Counted from the stretch's first letter, positions 34,665 through 46,083 are shown. The stretch is 64,000 bases of DNA from an uncultured delta proteobacterium (GCA_963808625.1 CAWEHK010000037.1:64001-128000), one strand, 5' to 3'. The notes: a model not told the origin generated them from the sequence alone. Numbers and translations: made by a program.

Positions 34665-35772
34665 GTGCCTTTTGTCCTTCCCGAATACCAGCTCCCCCCT
34701 TTCGGCGAACCTCCCCTTGCGGAAATGCCGCCGGTTGTTTTTCGGCTGGTCACGCAACCGGGGGTAGCTCCGGAAGATTATCACGCCACCTCCGTCTTCC
34801 CGGAATACTACCAGGTCGAAAAAGGTGACTGGAGGCTTCTTCGAGAGTCCCGCATGGACTGCGTGGCGGTCCTGGAGCGAGACGGGTCCCTCAAGGCCAG
34901 GGAATTTCGCCGCCTCCAAGTTGGGGACTCCGTCGCCTGTGGCCGCGGCGAAAACGGGGAGGACGGCATCTTCGTCCACTCGGCTCCGTTCAGTCACACT
35001 CATCCAAGTTCGGAGAAGTTCTCTTTTCGTACCCACGTCTCCCGAGAGACATCCTTTTCCATCGATTATGACGAGCTGTACGACCTCCTTTACCATGAGC
35101 GGGAGCATGGGTTTATCTTGTGGGTCCTGGGGCCGGCCGTCGCCTTTGACAAAGATGCCCGGGAATCCCTTGTCGGGCATCATCAACAGCGGGTTCGCCC
35201 ATGGGTTGCTCGCCGGCAATGCCCTGGCCGTGCATGATCTCGAAGGGTCTCTTTTTGGGACCGCTCTGGGGCAGGAAATCTATTCCAAACGGCATGCCCT
35301 GCGCGGCCATTACAAGCATCTTGACACCATCAATCGCGCCCGGGCCCTCGGTTCCATCGAACAAATGGTCGCGGACAGACTGCTGACCGACGGCATCATG
35401 CATGCCATTCTGAAGCATAATGTTCCTTACGTTTTGGCCGGTTCCATCCGGGATGACGGGCCGCTTCCCCATGTCATCACCAACGTGTGTGAAGCCCAGG
35501 ACCAAATGCGCAGCCTGGCCTCCCGCGCCACCACCGTGATTGCCATGGCGACCCAGTTGCACGCGATTGCCACCGGGAACCTGATTCCTTGCTTTAGGGT
35601 GATGGAAAACGAGCAGGTTCGACCCGTGTATTTCTATACCGTCGATATGTCTGAATTCGCAAGCAACAAGCTGGCCAATCGCGGCTCGCTTACCGCCCAT
35701 TCGATCTTGACGAACGTTCAGGATTTCGTCGTCATTCTCGAACGGGGATTGCGCAAGAGGTCTCTGCGATGA
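34665..35772 (+). CDS. TIGR00300 / LOR-SDH-like (ornithine cyclodeaminase-related) protein, frameshift near 35175
   Basis: GVAPEDYHAT, RMDC, LGPAV, LAGNALAVHDLE, LAGSIRDDGPLP, TQLHAIATGN. Confidence 0.75.
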
Positions 35773-35825
35773 CCATTGAACTGACTTTCCCGACATCCAG
35801 CTACGCAGACTGATAAAGGAGTTTC

Positions 35826-36642
35826 GTGACGCATAAAGCCGGTCACTCATTGGCAACACTCGATGAAGCCCTGACCGAGGTCCTGCACCAGGTGCATGTG
35901 AATATGCCCTGGAAATACCTCCCGGATTATTTTGAAATGGTCCTGGAGTCCCGGATGAATGTGGAAATAGGTCTCGAAGCAGAGCAGCTTGATGGGGTGT
36001 CAAGGTCAGAGTTTCGCTCCGTTGCCCGAAGGCTCCACGAGAGGGGATGCCGGGTCACCTTTCACGGTCCTTTCTGGGACCTCTGTCCCGGCAGTTCTGA
36101 CGCGCTCATTCGCCAGGTCTCGCAATTTCGATTGCAGCAGCTCTTTGACCTGGTGGAGATCTTCCAGCCTCTTCAGGTGGTCTGCCATACGGGCTATGAT
36201 CCGAGGCACCACGGTGGTTACCGTGACTTTTACCTGGAGCGGAGCCTTGCCGTCTGGGAACCCATGGTAGCGAGGGCGGAGGGTTCACGGTGTCCCGCTC
36301 CTCCTTGAGAACGTTTGGGAATACGATCCCGAACTGCATCGCGAGCTCTTTGCGGCGCTCGAATCCCCCTATTTCAGGTTCTGCCTGGACGTGGGACACC
36401 AGCACAGCTTCTCACAAACGCCTTTGCTCGAGTGGGTCGAAGCCCTCGGTGACTTTCTGGCTGAAATCCACGCCCACGATAATTGCGGCCACCGCGATGA
36501 ACATCTTCCGGTCGGCCGGGGGACCATTGATTTTGATTCGCTCTTCACGGTCCTGCGAGCCAGGGCCATCACTCCCCTCATCACGCTGGAGCCGCACCGG
36601 GAAGAACACCTTGCCGAGAGCCTCGCAGGATTGGCAAAGTGA
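35826..36642 (+). CDS. Sugar phosphate isomerase/epimerase (AP endonuclease family 2 TIM barrel), frameshifted
   Basis: TFHGPF.DL, LENV, CLDVGH, EIHAHDN, DEHLPVGRG, TLEPH. Confidence 0.8.
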
Positions 36643-36950
36643 TGGATATTGAGGGCAAGCTCAAGTGGTCTCGCTAACGGGCAGAGCATTTCACGGATGC
36701 CTTGTCAATTCGAAAGCAGGGAGAGATCTGAATGAAACACCCTTACTGCTCTTGCGGGTAGCTTCGCGTAATCGGTAGAGATGACGGCGCTGTGGAGCCA
36801 TTTCTGAAACGACGCGCTAGCATTCATCCTAAGTCCCTGGTATTAGTAATCAGCTCATAATGAAGTGAAAAGTTCGGGTTGACATCTTTTGTGCAGTTCT
36901 TGAAGCCTGCACGCAAACCTTGATTTTGTAGAAAAGGAGCCACATCCACC

Positions 36951-37233
36951 ATGGCCGTTGTCGAAGTCAGCATTATTCCCCTCGGCGTTCCGGGTTCCAG
37001 TCTCAGTGGGCATGTTGCGCGCGTCTTGAAAGTACTTCAGGAAAGCTCGCTTCAGTTTGAACTGACTGCTATGGGGACGATCATCTCCGGGGACCTCGAA
37101 GAAATTTTGCAGGTGTTGAGAAGGATGCATGAAAGCTTGTTTTGAAGGAGAGGTCGGCCGGGTGCTCACCCAGATCAAGATCGACGATCGTCGTGACAAC
37201 CTGCCAGTCCCGAACAAAAGATCCGATCGGTAA
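36951..37233 (+). CDS. MTH1187/YkoF-like thiamine-binding family protein, frameshifted
   Basis: VVEVSIIPLG, ELTAMGTIISG, then RVLTQIKIDDRRD in another frame. Confidence 0.8.
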
Positions 37234-37275
37234 TGTCGAAACTCTCAGCGAGCTGAAGCAGCAAGCATACAAGGC

Positions 37276-37326
37276 GTTGATGGTTGATGGTTGATGGTTG
37301 ATGGTTGATAGTTCATGGTTGATGGC
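37276..37326. repeat. Heptamer microsatellite (GTTGATG)n flanked by a 29-bp imperfect direct repeat
   Basis: gttgatg about 7 times; flanks at 37246-37274 and 37330-37358. Confidence 0.8.
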
Positions 37327-37367
37327 TCGCAGTGAGCTGAAACAGCAAGTACACAAGGACTGACAAA

Positions 37368-37598
37368 ATGAAAGCATTGGTTGAATATCTCGTTAGATCC
37401 CTGGCTGATCACCCTGATCAAGTAGCACTGGCAGAACACGAAACGGATGATTCCATCCTTCTTGAACTGAAAATTTCCCCCGATGATATCGGCAAAATTA
37501 TCGGCAAAAACGGCAACACGATCAATGCCATCCGCACCGTGCTTCAGGCGGCAGCTTCGAGCCAGAAGAAACGGGTCAAACTTGAGGTTGTAAGTTGA
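37368..37598 (+). CDS. khpA: KH domain RNA-binding protein
   Basis: LVEYLVRSLADHPD, DIGKIIGKNGNTINAIRT. Confidence 0.9.
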   Translation: MKALVEYLVRSLADHPDQVALAEHETDDSILLELKISPDDIGKIIGKNGNTINAIRTVLQAAASSQKKRVKLEVVS

Positions 37599-37731
37599 AG
37601 CTGAATATGTCTATTGAAATTGGGGCCACCGGATTATTAGCTTAGTAGACGATGAGAATCCGAGTCACTAAGTGCCGTTTTCTCACCATACTAAATTCTA
37701 GACCGATATTTCAGGAGGAAGGATACAACTC

Positions 37732-40207
37732 ATGGTAAATAAACCTTCGGCATTGTCCGTGAACTGATTTGCGAGCTCGCATTGAACCTGAGTCGCTGCC
37801 TTTCGACAACACCCATACCCTCGAAGACCTTCAAGAAAGAGTCGTAGGGCAGGAACGGGCTATCGATGCCATCAAGTTCGGCATGGGGATGAAGGAGCGC
37901 GGCTATAACATCTTCATCGCCGGGACCGTCCAATGCCGGGCTTACCTACACGGCGAAAACCTTTATCGAAGAACAGGCCAAACAGGAACCGACCCCGCCG
38001 GACTGGTGTTATGTCTACAATTTCAAGGAACCGGACAAACCCAAGGGGGTCAAGGTTATCAGCCGGGCGAGGCAAGCAGCTCAAAAAAGATATGCACGAA
38101 TTCATCGAGACCCTCCAGGCAAAGATTCCTGAAGTTTTCGATAGTGACGATTATCGCGCTAAAGAGAGTGAGGTGCACCAGTCCTTCGAGAAAGTGAGAA
38201 GGGAGATTATCGACCAGCTCTCGCACGAGGCGAAGGAGCAGGGATTCATCCTCCAGTTCTCCCAGGTGGGCATGGTCATCATCCCGGCCAACAAAGAGGG
38301 GGAGCCGATGACTCAGGAAGACCTTCGCCACCTGGAGGAAGAGGAGCGGAAGGTCTTGCGGGAGAAGAGCGACGAGCTCCATGAAAAGATGAAAGACGCC
38401 ATCAAAGCCATTCGTGAGGCTGAAGCGGAGTTCAAGGAGAAACACACCAAGTTGGACAATGAGATTGCGCTTTTTGTTGTGGGCCAACTCATGGACCGCT
38501 ACGAGGAGAAATATCAGGATGACCAGCAGGTGCTCGAGTTCCTGAAAATGGCTCAGGAGGACATTCTAGAGAACATCGAAGACTTCAAGAAAAAACCGGA
38601 AGCGCAGCAACCGCAGCCCGGGGCCCCCTTCCCTGTCCCTCCCAAGGAGGCCCTTCTCAGAAAGTACGATGTCAACGTTCTGATCGACAATTCGGAAACG
38701 CAGGGCGCCCCGGTCGTTATCGAATCAAACCCGGTCTATACGAATATCTTCGGCTCAATTGAACGCCAGGCATGGTTTGGCGCGCTTGTTCACGGACCAT
38801 ACGATGATCAAGCCCGGGGCCTTGCATAAGGCCAACGGCGGCTACCTGGTAATGAAGGCCCTGGACCTTTTGCGGTGGTTTATCACCTATGAAGCACTGA
38901 AGCGAGCGCTGAAGGATGAGGAAATCAAGATTGAAGATCTGGGCGAGCTTTACGGCTTGTTCAGCACCCGCACCATTCGTCCGGAGCCCATCCCGCTCAG
39001 CGTCAAGATCGTCCTGACAGGCGATCCCTACATCTACCAACTGCTCTACACCTATGACGATCGTTTCCCGAAGCTTTTCAAAGTCAAGGCGCATATGGAC
39101 GATCAAATGGATCGGAAGGATGAAACCATCGTCGAATGCGCCAGAATGATGAGCAGCTTCTGCAAGGACAACAAACTCCGACACCTCGATCGCACGGGCG
39201 TCGCCCGGGTCATCGAATACAGCATGGAACTGACCGAGGACCGTGACAAGTTGAGCCTGGAGCTTGGCAACATCAGCGATCTGCTCAGGGAAGCCAATTA
39301 CTTTGCCGGGCTGGATAATGCGGAATTGATTCAGGCGAAGCACGTCGAGAGCGCGATCAAGAAGCGGATCTACCGCTCGAACCTCGTCGAGGAGCGGATC
39401 AAGGAACTGGTCGAGAAGGACATCTTCTGGGTCGAAACGGATGGCAACAAGGTGGGACAGGTGAACGGTCTGGCGGTCCTCATGACCGGCGATCACATGT
39501 TTGGCAAACCCAACCGAATTACCGCCACCGTCAGCGTCGGACGGGAAGGGATGGTTTCGATCGACCGGGAATCCAAGATGAGCGGCAATATCCACACCAA
39601 GGGCCTGATTATCCTCAGCAACTTCCTGAAGGAACGGTTTGCTCAGAACAGACCCATTTCGCTCACCGCTTCGCTCTGCTTCGAACAGAGCTATGGGCTG
39701 GTGGAAGGCGACAGCGCTTCCAGCACCGAACTGTACGTGCTGCTCAGTGCCATTGCCAACGTTCCCATCTACCAGGGCATCGCGGTAACCGGATCAGTCA
39801 GCCAGAAGGGCGAAGTCCAGCCCATCGGCGGCGCGAATCACAAGATCAAAGGCTGGTATGATATCTGTAAGTTCAAAGGGCTCAACGGCAAGCAGGGCGT
39901 CATGATCCCCGCCAAGAATGTGCGCAACCTGATGCTCGATCAAGAGATCGTCGACGCAGTGAAAGAAGGGAAGTTCAATATTTGGCCGATATCGACGATT
40001 GAAGAGGGCATTGCCGTCCTGACCGACATGGAAGCCGGCGAAGTGCAGGAAGACGGCACCTATCCGGAGGGCACGCTGTTCCGAAAAGTGGACGATCGGC
40101 TCAAAAAGATCTCGGAAATCGTCCGGGAATTCGGGAAGGATTCTGAAAACGGTAAGCGTAAAGAAAAAGAGGAGGAGCCTGCCGGCTGCCCTAGTTGTGG
40201 TGCTTAG
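37732..40207 (+). CDS. Lon-like AAA protease (peptidase S16, LonC type), several frameshifts
   Basis: VGQERA, DWCYVYNF, KPGALHKANGGYL, VGQVNGL, FEQSYGLVEGDSASSTE, QPIGGANHKI. Confidence 0.9.
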
Positions 40208-40211
40208 AAGA

Positions 40212-40397
40212 AAGTGCTGGGTGAGAAGTGAAAAGTGATGGGTGACGAGTGATGAGTGATGAGTGATGGGTGGGCGAGTGATGAGTGCTGAATGAAAAGT
40301 GATGAGTGATGGGTAGCGAGTAAGTGACGAGCGATGGGTAGCGAGTGAGTGATGAATGATGAGTGAAAAGTGATGAGTGATGGGTACGAAGTGCTGA
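40212..40397. repeat. Heptamer microsatellite (GTGATGA-like)n
   Basis: Degenerate tract after the Lon-like gene stop, same family as 19310-19497. Confidence 0.8.
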
Positions 40398-40571
40398 GCA
40401 TAACGCCGCCGGATAGAGTGCCCATTATCCCCGGTCGTCATTCCCGCAAGCTTTTGGCGGGAATCCAGTAACAAAGCCTGGACACCCGCCCTCGCGGGCA
40501 TGGTGGCTGGAATTCGGAGAATCGCTCATCGGGAGCGCTACTGAGCGCTGAGCAGTGAATGCGGAGCAAAC

Positions 40572-40905
40572 GTAGGGGCGGGTTTTATACCCGCCCCTAA
40601 CTGCTTTATCGCCCCATGTTTTTCGGAAGGGGATGAACCCCATATGCAGCAAGCTAAGACGGTCTTCTGGTCCTTACCCCGATAAACTTCATCATTCGAA
40701 ATTCCTTGTTCGCTATTCGATATTCATCTTTTCTATTAAACAGTTGGACCACTTAGCTTGATGCAGATGGAATGAACCCCTCCCCCGCAAAACCACAGTG
40801 AACCAGTGTCCATCCGGAAACCCCATTTTGTAGGAGGGGCTTCCAGCCGAGATCGGGGCTGGAAGCCCCTCCTACAGAACAAGGCGCCACTTTCCGGATG
40901 AGAAC
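40572..40905. repeat. Cluster of REP-like palindromes between convergent genes
   Basis: gtaggggcgggttttatacccgccccta; tgtaggaggggcttccagcc..ggctggaagcccctcctaca inside catccggaaa/tttccggatg inverted ends. Confidence 0.7.
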
Positions 40906-40908
40906 GAA

Positions 40909-42402
40909 CTAGCCCGGGCGCCCCTGGCTGCTCACCGGTGTGAGCAGATCCTGGTTATTGTAAGGATCCTTGAATTCCAATTCGGGGCGGAATTTCAGTT
41001 TCTTGTTGCCGCGATCATTCAAGTATTTCGCCATTTCCAGATTGATGTCCGCCGGCACTTCCAGCCCCGCCGCTGCTAGAGCCTGGCGGAGGAGGGCTTC
41101 GGATTTGGCGGCCATGGCCACGGCGTCGCCGCAGATGCGGCCCGCTTCGCTGGGATTGTGAAAGCCAATCGAGTTCTCCGCCCCGATAAAGATCACCCGG
41201 TAGAGGGCTTCGAGGTACAAGTCCTTGGCGCGATCGTAGAGGTTCTTGTCAATCGTCTTGCCCTCGGCCTGCGCCTTATGCGCTGTTTCAAAAAGCTTCG
41301 CGGCCACCGCTGTCCCATATCCCGCCCGGTTCATCAGCGACACGGTCCGTTCCTGAATGGCGACCACCTGGCTGGTCAGCCACGTCGGGCTTTCCGTGTG
41401 GCACTGCTGGCAGGCCTTGAGCTCGTTTTTCAGCGGGCTCATGACGTTGTGGTCGGAAATCTTGTTCGCCCCGACCTTGATGTACGGCATGTGGCAGTCG
41501 GCGCAGGCCACGCTGGCCTGGTAATGGACGCTGTTGTTGGAGAAGAATTCATATTCGGGATGGCGGATGAAGCCCACTTTGAAACCGGTGACGTTCTGTT
41601 TCCATTCCAGGTAGGACGGGTTGCTCTTGAGGACCTTGACGATATTCTCGATGGAAATGTTGCCGGCCTTGCTCCCCTGCCACGGAAAGAAGACCGAGGT
41701 GGACTTCATCTCGGCATCCTTGGGGATAATGTAGCTGACATGGCATTGGGCGCAGACCAGCATCCGCGCTTCCTGGCGGCTCGCCTGCTTGTAGTCCTTC
41801 CCCATGTCGGCGAGCGCCTTTTGCAGCGTCCCGCGGGAAAGCTGCAGGCTCTGGGTCTTGTTGTCATGGCAATCGATGCAGGCGACGCCCAATTGCTGAA
41901 ATTCCTTCGGGATCTTGGCATGAACTTCGAGATAGGGATCGGAAAAATAGGCTGGTCCCAGTTCCTGCTCCAGCTTGACGGAATAAGGGGTTTTGCAGGT
42001 AAGGCAGACACCGCCGGCTTTGATCCGCGAAGGGTCGATCTCCAATTGGTCGATGACCATATAGTAATGCCCTCGAGGCTCGTTGTATTCCACGCCGAAT
42101 CCCCAGCCGTTGAAGAGCAGCGGCATGTACGGGAATTCGCTCAGCTTATCGTAGATGACGAGATCGGTGTCGTAGCCCGGCTTGTATTTGCTCTTATGGG
42201 CGGGACGGGGCTCCTTGGTCTTGAGCCAGTAGTCATACTCCAGGGGATAGGCCTTGCCCCAGACGGCGGGATCGATTTCACCGTCGGCAATGGTCACCGT
42301 CTTGACCGGTTCGGTCTTCTGGGGCGCACAGGAAACCAGGATTACCCAGCCGACCAGGGATCCCAGGACCAGACAGCTCAGCATGTACTTTCTCCATTTC
42401 AT
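40909..42402 (-). CDS. nrfA: Ammonia-forming cytochrome c nitrite reductase, pentaheme
   Basis: CLTCK (Lys-ligated heme) plus CIDCH, CAQCH, CADCH, CQQCH; YNEPRGH; AENSIGFH. Confidence 0.95.
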   Translation of the reverse strand: MKWRKYMLSCLVLGSLVGWVILVSCAPQKTEPVKTVTIADGEIDPAVWGKAYPLEYDYWLKTKEPRPAHKSKYKPGYDTDLVIYDKLSEFPYMPLLFNGWGFGVEYNEPRGHYYMVIDQLEIDPSRIKAGGVCLTCKTPYSVKLEQELGPAYFSDPYLEVHAKIPKEFQQLGVACIDCHDNKTQSLQLSRGTLQKALADMGKDYKQASRQEARMLVCAQCHVSYIIPKDAEMKSTSVFFPWQGSKAGNISIENIVKVLKSNPSYLEWKQNVTGFKVGFIRHPEYEFFSNNSVHYQASVACADCHMPYIKVGANKISDHNVMSPLKNELKACQQCHTESPTWLTSQVVAIQERTVSLMNRAGYGTAVAAKLFETAHKAQAEGKTIDKNLYDRAKDLYLEALYRVIFIGAENSIGFHNPSEAGRICGDAVAMAAKSEALLRQALAAAGLEVPADINLEMAKYLNDRGNKKLKFRPELEFKDPYNNQDLLTPVSSQGRPG

Positions 42403-42434
42403 CGATCGCTCTCCTTTTCTCAATCAGATCAATT

Positions 42435-42904
42435 CTACATGGCCCCGCTGTTCTTGTGAGACAGGCGGCGGTGACACAGCCAGCAGTTACGGTCCTCATT
42501 GATTCTTGCTATGGTCTCCGCATGGCAGCGCCGGCAGTTTTCCTGCACGATGGCAGCTCCCGACTTCGGAGAGTTGGATCTGTCTCCGGAACTCGCCCCG
42601 AATTGAACACGAAGACATCCCACATTCCCTCGTATCCCTTCCAGGTGATGTGCCTCGCCAGGTTATCGTTGGGAAGATGACAATCGTTGCACTTCAGGCG
42701 ACGGTGCCCCCCTTGGTGAAACCAGTTCTCGTATTGCGCCTCCATGACATGGCATTGGGCACAGAATTCAGGGGTTTCTGATTTGGCGTAGAGGCCCGGC
42801 GGGCCGAAGGCAACATAGGTACCCACGACCGCAAGCACCACGACCACCAGTCCGGAAAGCTTCAACAGCTTACGCTTGTTGCCGAAAAATCCGCGAATTC
42901 CCAT
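42435..42904 (-). CDS. nrfH: Cytochrome c nitrite reductase small subunit, tetraheme (frameshift near 42575)
   Basis: N-terminal TM, CAQCH, CNDCHLP, CRRCH, CWLCH. Confidence 0.92.
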
Positions 42905-43146
42905 GTGGCTTCCTTATGTTCTGGAGGTTTTCGAACATCATTGCCGGGTGACTGACCGAACATCCCCCCTGCCAGGCAGGAAGGGTTTGGGTCGCGTTCC
43001 ATTGGTTTGCGTTAGGGCTTTTCCTGAACTGAGAAGGCACCCGCTGCGCGGCAAGGCACGAAAGAATGCGTTCCACTTGAAACAGGCAGCAGGTCAGGGT
43101 CTGATACAACGCGAGATTCGTATAGCATCTTCACCTTTATATTTTC

Positions 43147-43162
43147 CTTGACTTAAGTCAAG
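43147..43162. promoter_or_regulatory. Perfect palindrome CTTGACTTAAGTCAAG, candidate CRP/FNR-family site for nrfHA
   Basis: TTGAC-N4-GTCAA geometry; TGnTATACG extended -10-like element about 30 bp downstream on the minus strand. Confidence 0.55.
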
Positions 43163-43267
43163 CTAATAGAAGTCAAGCGACGCCTGCAACGCCCATGCAA
43201 CCCACCTGACCCGTTTCATCACCACGATCTCTCGTATCAAATCAGATAATTTGATCCCTCTATTTCA

Positions 43268-43523
43268 GAGGCTGTCTGAAAATTCCCCCTAAAGCTGGTT
43301 CCCAAGCTCTGGCTTGGGAACCCACCTCCTTGGAAGCTCCAGCTTCGGCGGACTTGTGGACACCATCTGATACTCAAGACGCACGGGAAGCTGGAGCTTC
43401 CGTGCCCTGCGTTCCCAAGCTGGAGCTTGGGAACGAGCAAACGAGCTCCCCCCTTTTTTAAAGGTGGGTCGGAGGGATTCTTCTTTCGAGTTTTGCGCAA
43501 AATTTGAATTTTCAGACAGCCTC
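43268..43523. mobile_element. MITE-like element, 256 bp, carrying GTTCCCAAGCT palindromes
   Basis: Perfect 18-bp TIR GAGGCTGTCTGAAAATTC / GAATTTTCAGACAGCCTC flanked by TCA on both sides. Confidence 0.8.
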
Positions 43524-43710
43524 TCAGAGAGTTATATTGAAGGCACATTCCGGAATAAGACACCGTCTTTCACCAACAGAAACGAGAAGTGAACGAAGGA
43601 CAAAGTGTGCTTTCCTCGTGTCCTTCCTGGTTTCAATGAGCGTCCGCAAGAGAGCGGGTTGTGTTTGGAGGGAGCCCAAGTCCTGACGGCTTGTGGACTT
43701 GTTTCCGGGG

Positions 43711-44886
43711 ATGAGCATGAGTTTCTTGCCGAGGTTGCTTGCACCCAATATCGAAAAGTTGCAGTCCAAGCGTGATGTCCAGGGCCTGATCAAGGCCCTG
43801 CGCCACAAGGAACCTGCGCTGCGCGAGGCTGCGGTGCTGGCCTTGGGGAACCTTGGCGGCACCGGTGCGGTCGAACCGCTGATCCAGGCATTAAAGGATG
43901 AGAACCAGAAGGTCCGTACCAGAGCGGTCTCGGCCTTGCAAAAAAGCCGCGACCCGCGCGCGGTCGAAGGCCTCATCGAGGCACTTGATCGAAAAGACAA
44001 CCAGCTCTGCCGGCGAACTGCTGAAGCTTTGGTGAAGATCGGTACATCGGCCGTTGCACCACTCATTGCTGCACTCAAAGACGGCACACACGGCTACAAG
44101 GCACGCAGCAAGGTGGCTTCGGTTCTGGGGCAAATCGGTGATACCCGTGCGGCAGAACCACTGATCGCTGCGTTGAAGCATCACCACCCAATTCTCCGCC
44201 AGGCGGCGGCTGAAGCCTTGGGGAAAATCGGCGACCCGCGTGCCGCGAGACCGCTCGTCGAGGCGCTCGATCACGACGATGCCGAGTTGTGCTTCCTGGC
44301 GGCCGAAGCACTGCAGAAGATCGGCGATCCGCGTGCCGTAGAACCGCTCATCGAAGTCCTCAAGGATGGCGGCTGCGACACCGGCTGGCGCGCCGCCTCG
44401 GCCCTGGGGAAAATCGGCGACCCGCGCGCCGTTGACCCCCTCATCGAGGCGCTCGATCAGGAAGAAGCATTCTTGTGCCTTACCGCCGCTGAAGCCCTGG
44501 GGAAAATTGGCGATCCGCGCGCGATCGAACCGCTTCTCGCCCTCCACCACAGGGCCCGCGATCACCTGGTGCGGAATCAGGCGCGGGAAGCCCTGAAAAA
44601 ATGTGGCTATCGGGCCGCCTGTGAGCCCCCTGATGAATTGGCGGAGCTCAAGATAATGCTTGACCGTTCCCTGGACGCCGGGATTTTTGTCCGGTGTGCC
44701 CGATCCGTCGGGTTCGAGATCGACGGCGAGGGTCTCTCAAGCATGCACATGGAAAGCCCGAAAGCACGCTTGATGGCAGCCGTTCACCCCGCCATCCACC
44801 CAACAAACATCGCGATCCTGGTCTACACGGGCAAAGGCACGGAACACGCGACAACCCTCATTGATGAAGGAAAGCGGAAATACTGA
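43711..44886 (+). CDS. HEAT/PBS-lyase repeat protein
   Basis: Repeated AAEALGKIGDPRAVEPLIEAL units. Confidence 0.9.
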   Translation: MSMSFLPRLLAPNIEKLQSKRDVQGLIKALRHKEPALREAAVLALGNLGGTGAVEPLIQALKDENQKVRTRAVSALQKSRDPRAVEGLIEALDRKDNQLCRRTAEALVKIGTSAVAPLIAALKDGTHGYKARSKVASVLGQIGDTRAAEPLIAALKHHHPILRQAAAEALGKIGDPRAARPLVEALDHDDAELCFLAAEALQKIGDPRAVEPLIEVLKDGGCDTGWRAASALGKIGDPRAVDPLIEALDQEEAFLCLTAAEALGKIGDPRAIEPLLALHHRARDHLVRNQAREALKKCGYRAACEPPDELAELKIMLDRSLDAGIFVRCARSVGFEIDGEGLSSMHMESPKARLMAAVHPAIHPTNIAILVYTGKGTEHATTLIDEGKRKY

Positions 44887-44887
44887 C

Positions 44888-45157
44888 CGGCGATCATCTC
44901 TCAGCCCTTTTTCAAACCACGAAGAACACGAAGAGCACGAAGTGATTTCTTCGTGCTCTTCGTGTTCTTCGTGGTAAAAGAAGGCCTTTTCTGGGACGCC
45001 TCCTTACTTGGATGGAGATAGGAAGGGAAGAGAGCCGTCATGAGTTTGTTCGGCGTTCCTAAAGCGGAGGAGTCTCTGGGGCTCGTCCTGGTGGTAACCG
45101 GCCTTGTCCTTTATGTCCGTGCTCAGGCGACGTAAGCCATGAGCGCCCGTGTCACCC
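44888..45157 (+). repeat. Duplicated segment joining the upstream (46969-47327) and downstream (48590-48667) flanks of the MBL gene
   Basis: ccttacttggatggagataggaagg..gtcatgagtttgttcggcgttccta..aagcggaggagtctct and ctcgt.ctggtg.taaccggccttgtccttta..gagcgcccgtgtcac each occur twice. Confidence 0.85.
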
Positions 45158-45323
45158 TTCGGCTCCAAAGGCCCCGGCGGTCCCAGAACGCCGTTTGACC
45201 TATTGAACCCTCCAGTGAACCGGCGTGGGCTCAACACAGCGCTGGCGCTCAGCGTTGAGAAAACCGTTGATGAACATCGCCCTTGCCCGTTCCTTGACTT
45301 ACGTCACGTTCTTTGACCCATTC

Positions 45324-45739
45324 TTACCTTCCCTTCAAGAGCTCATTCAGCTCCCTGATGAACACCTCAGCTTGATCAAGCATTCCTTTGACTTCATCAA
45401 CTTCGAACTTCACCATTGGTTGATAGTCCGCCTGCTGGCGGTGATCAAAGACCCATTCGCAAAAGGCCCCCCAGGAGGCATCGATTCTCCCAGCCCTCAC
45501 AAGATCACAATGAAAGGCGGCGCGAACCTGTGAATGTCTCTTGAAAGTTTTGCCCTCCTTCATGAAGAACGCCGAAACCAAATGAAAGCAAGCGAAGTAG
45601 ATATCTCGCACGGCATTGGCGAGTCTTCCCGCTTGCCAGTTCACCTGTCCTGATTCCAGGTCATTGTGGGCCCCTTGTCCATCCAGTGACCGATGAGGAT
45701 CTTGACGTAACCTCCGTCATCATGATCGTTACTCGTCAT
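45324..45739 (-). CDS. HEPN domain protein (frameshift near 45672)
   Basis: YFACFH, HSQVRAAF, HRQQADY; ATGA overlap with the upstream nucleotidyltransferase. Confidence 0.8.
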
Positions 45740-46083
45740 AACGCGAGCGCTCCATCCCTTATGATTTCGCTGTATAGGGGAAATGCAGTGAAAATCCCTT
45801 CCGACCAATCAGACATTGTAATGACCAGAATGCTGATGATCGCATCGTAAGCCATTTCAATGGCGTAGAGCGCGTCAATCATGGCTTTTCGCTCGCTCCA
45901 GTGGATAGCGCGCGAGGTCACAATCAACAGGTCGATATCTGAATCTTCGTCGGCGTCTCCTCTTGCCTTCGAGCCATACAGGATCACCTTCTCCACCGGA
46001 AATCGCTGCCTGAGCATATCCGCCGCTGCTTCCACAGCAAGACGATCGCGCTCACCCAATGCTATCTCTTCAAGGTCCTTCAT
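45736..46083 (-). CDS. Minimal nucleotidyltransferase (MNT)
   Basis: LYGSKARGD..DSDIDLL motif. Confidence 0.88.
   Translation of the reverse strand: MKDLEEIALGERDRLAVEAAADMLRQRFPVEKVILYGSKARGDADEDSDIDLLIVTSRAIHWSERKAMIDALYAIEMAYDAIISILVITMSDWSEGIFTAFPLYSEIIRDGALAL

Noticed and set aside
36645..36950. Riboswitch or ncRNA upstream of the MTH1187-family gene
   Set aside because: No TPP-riboswitch core (CTGAGA..CCTGA) or other recognisable RNA motif; an Infernal/Rfam search would be needed
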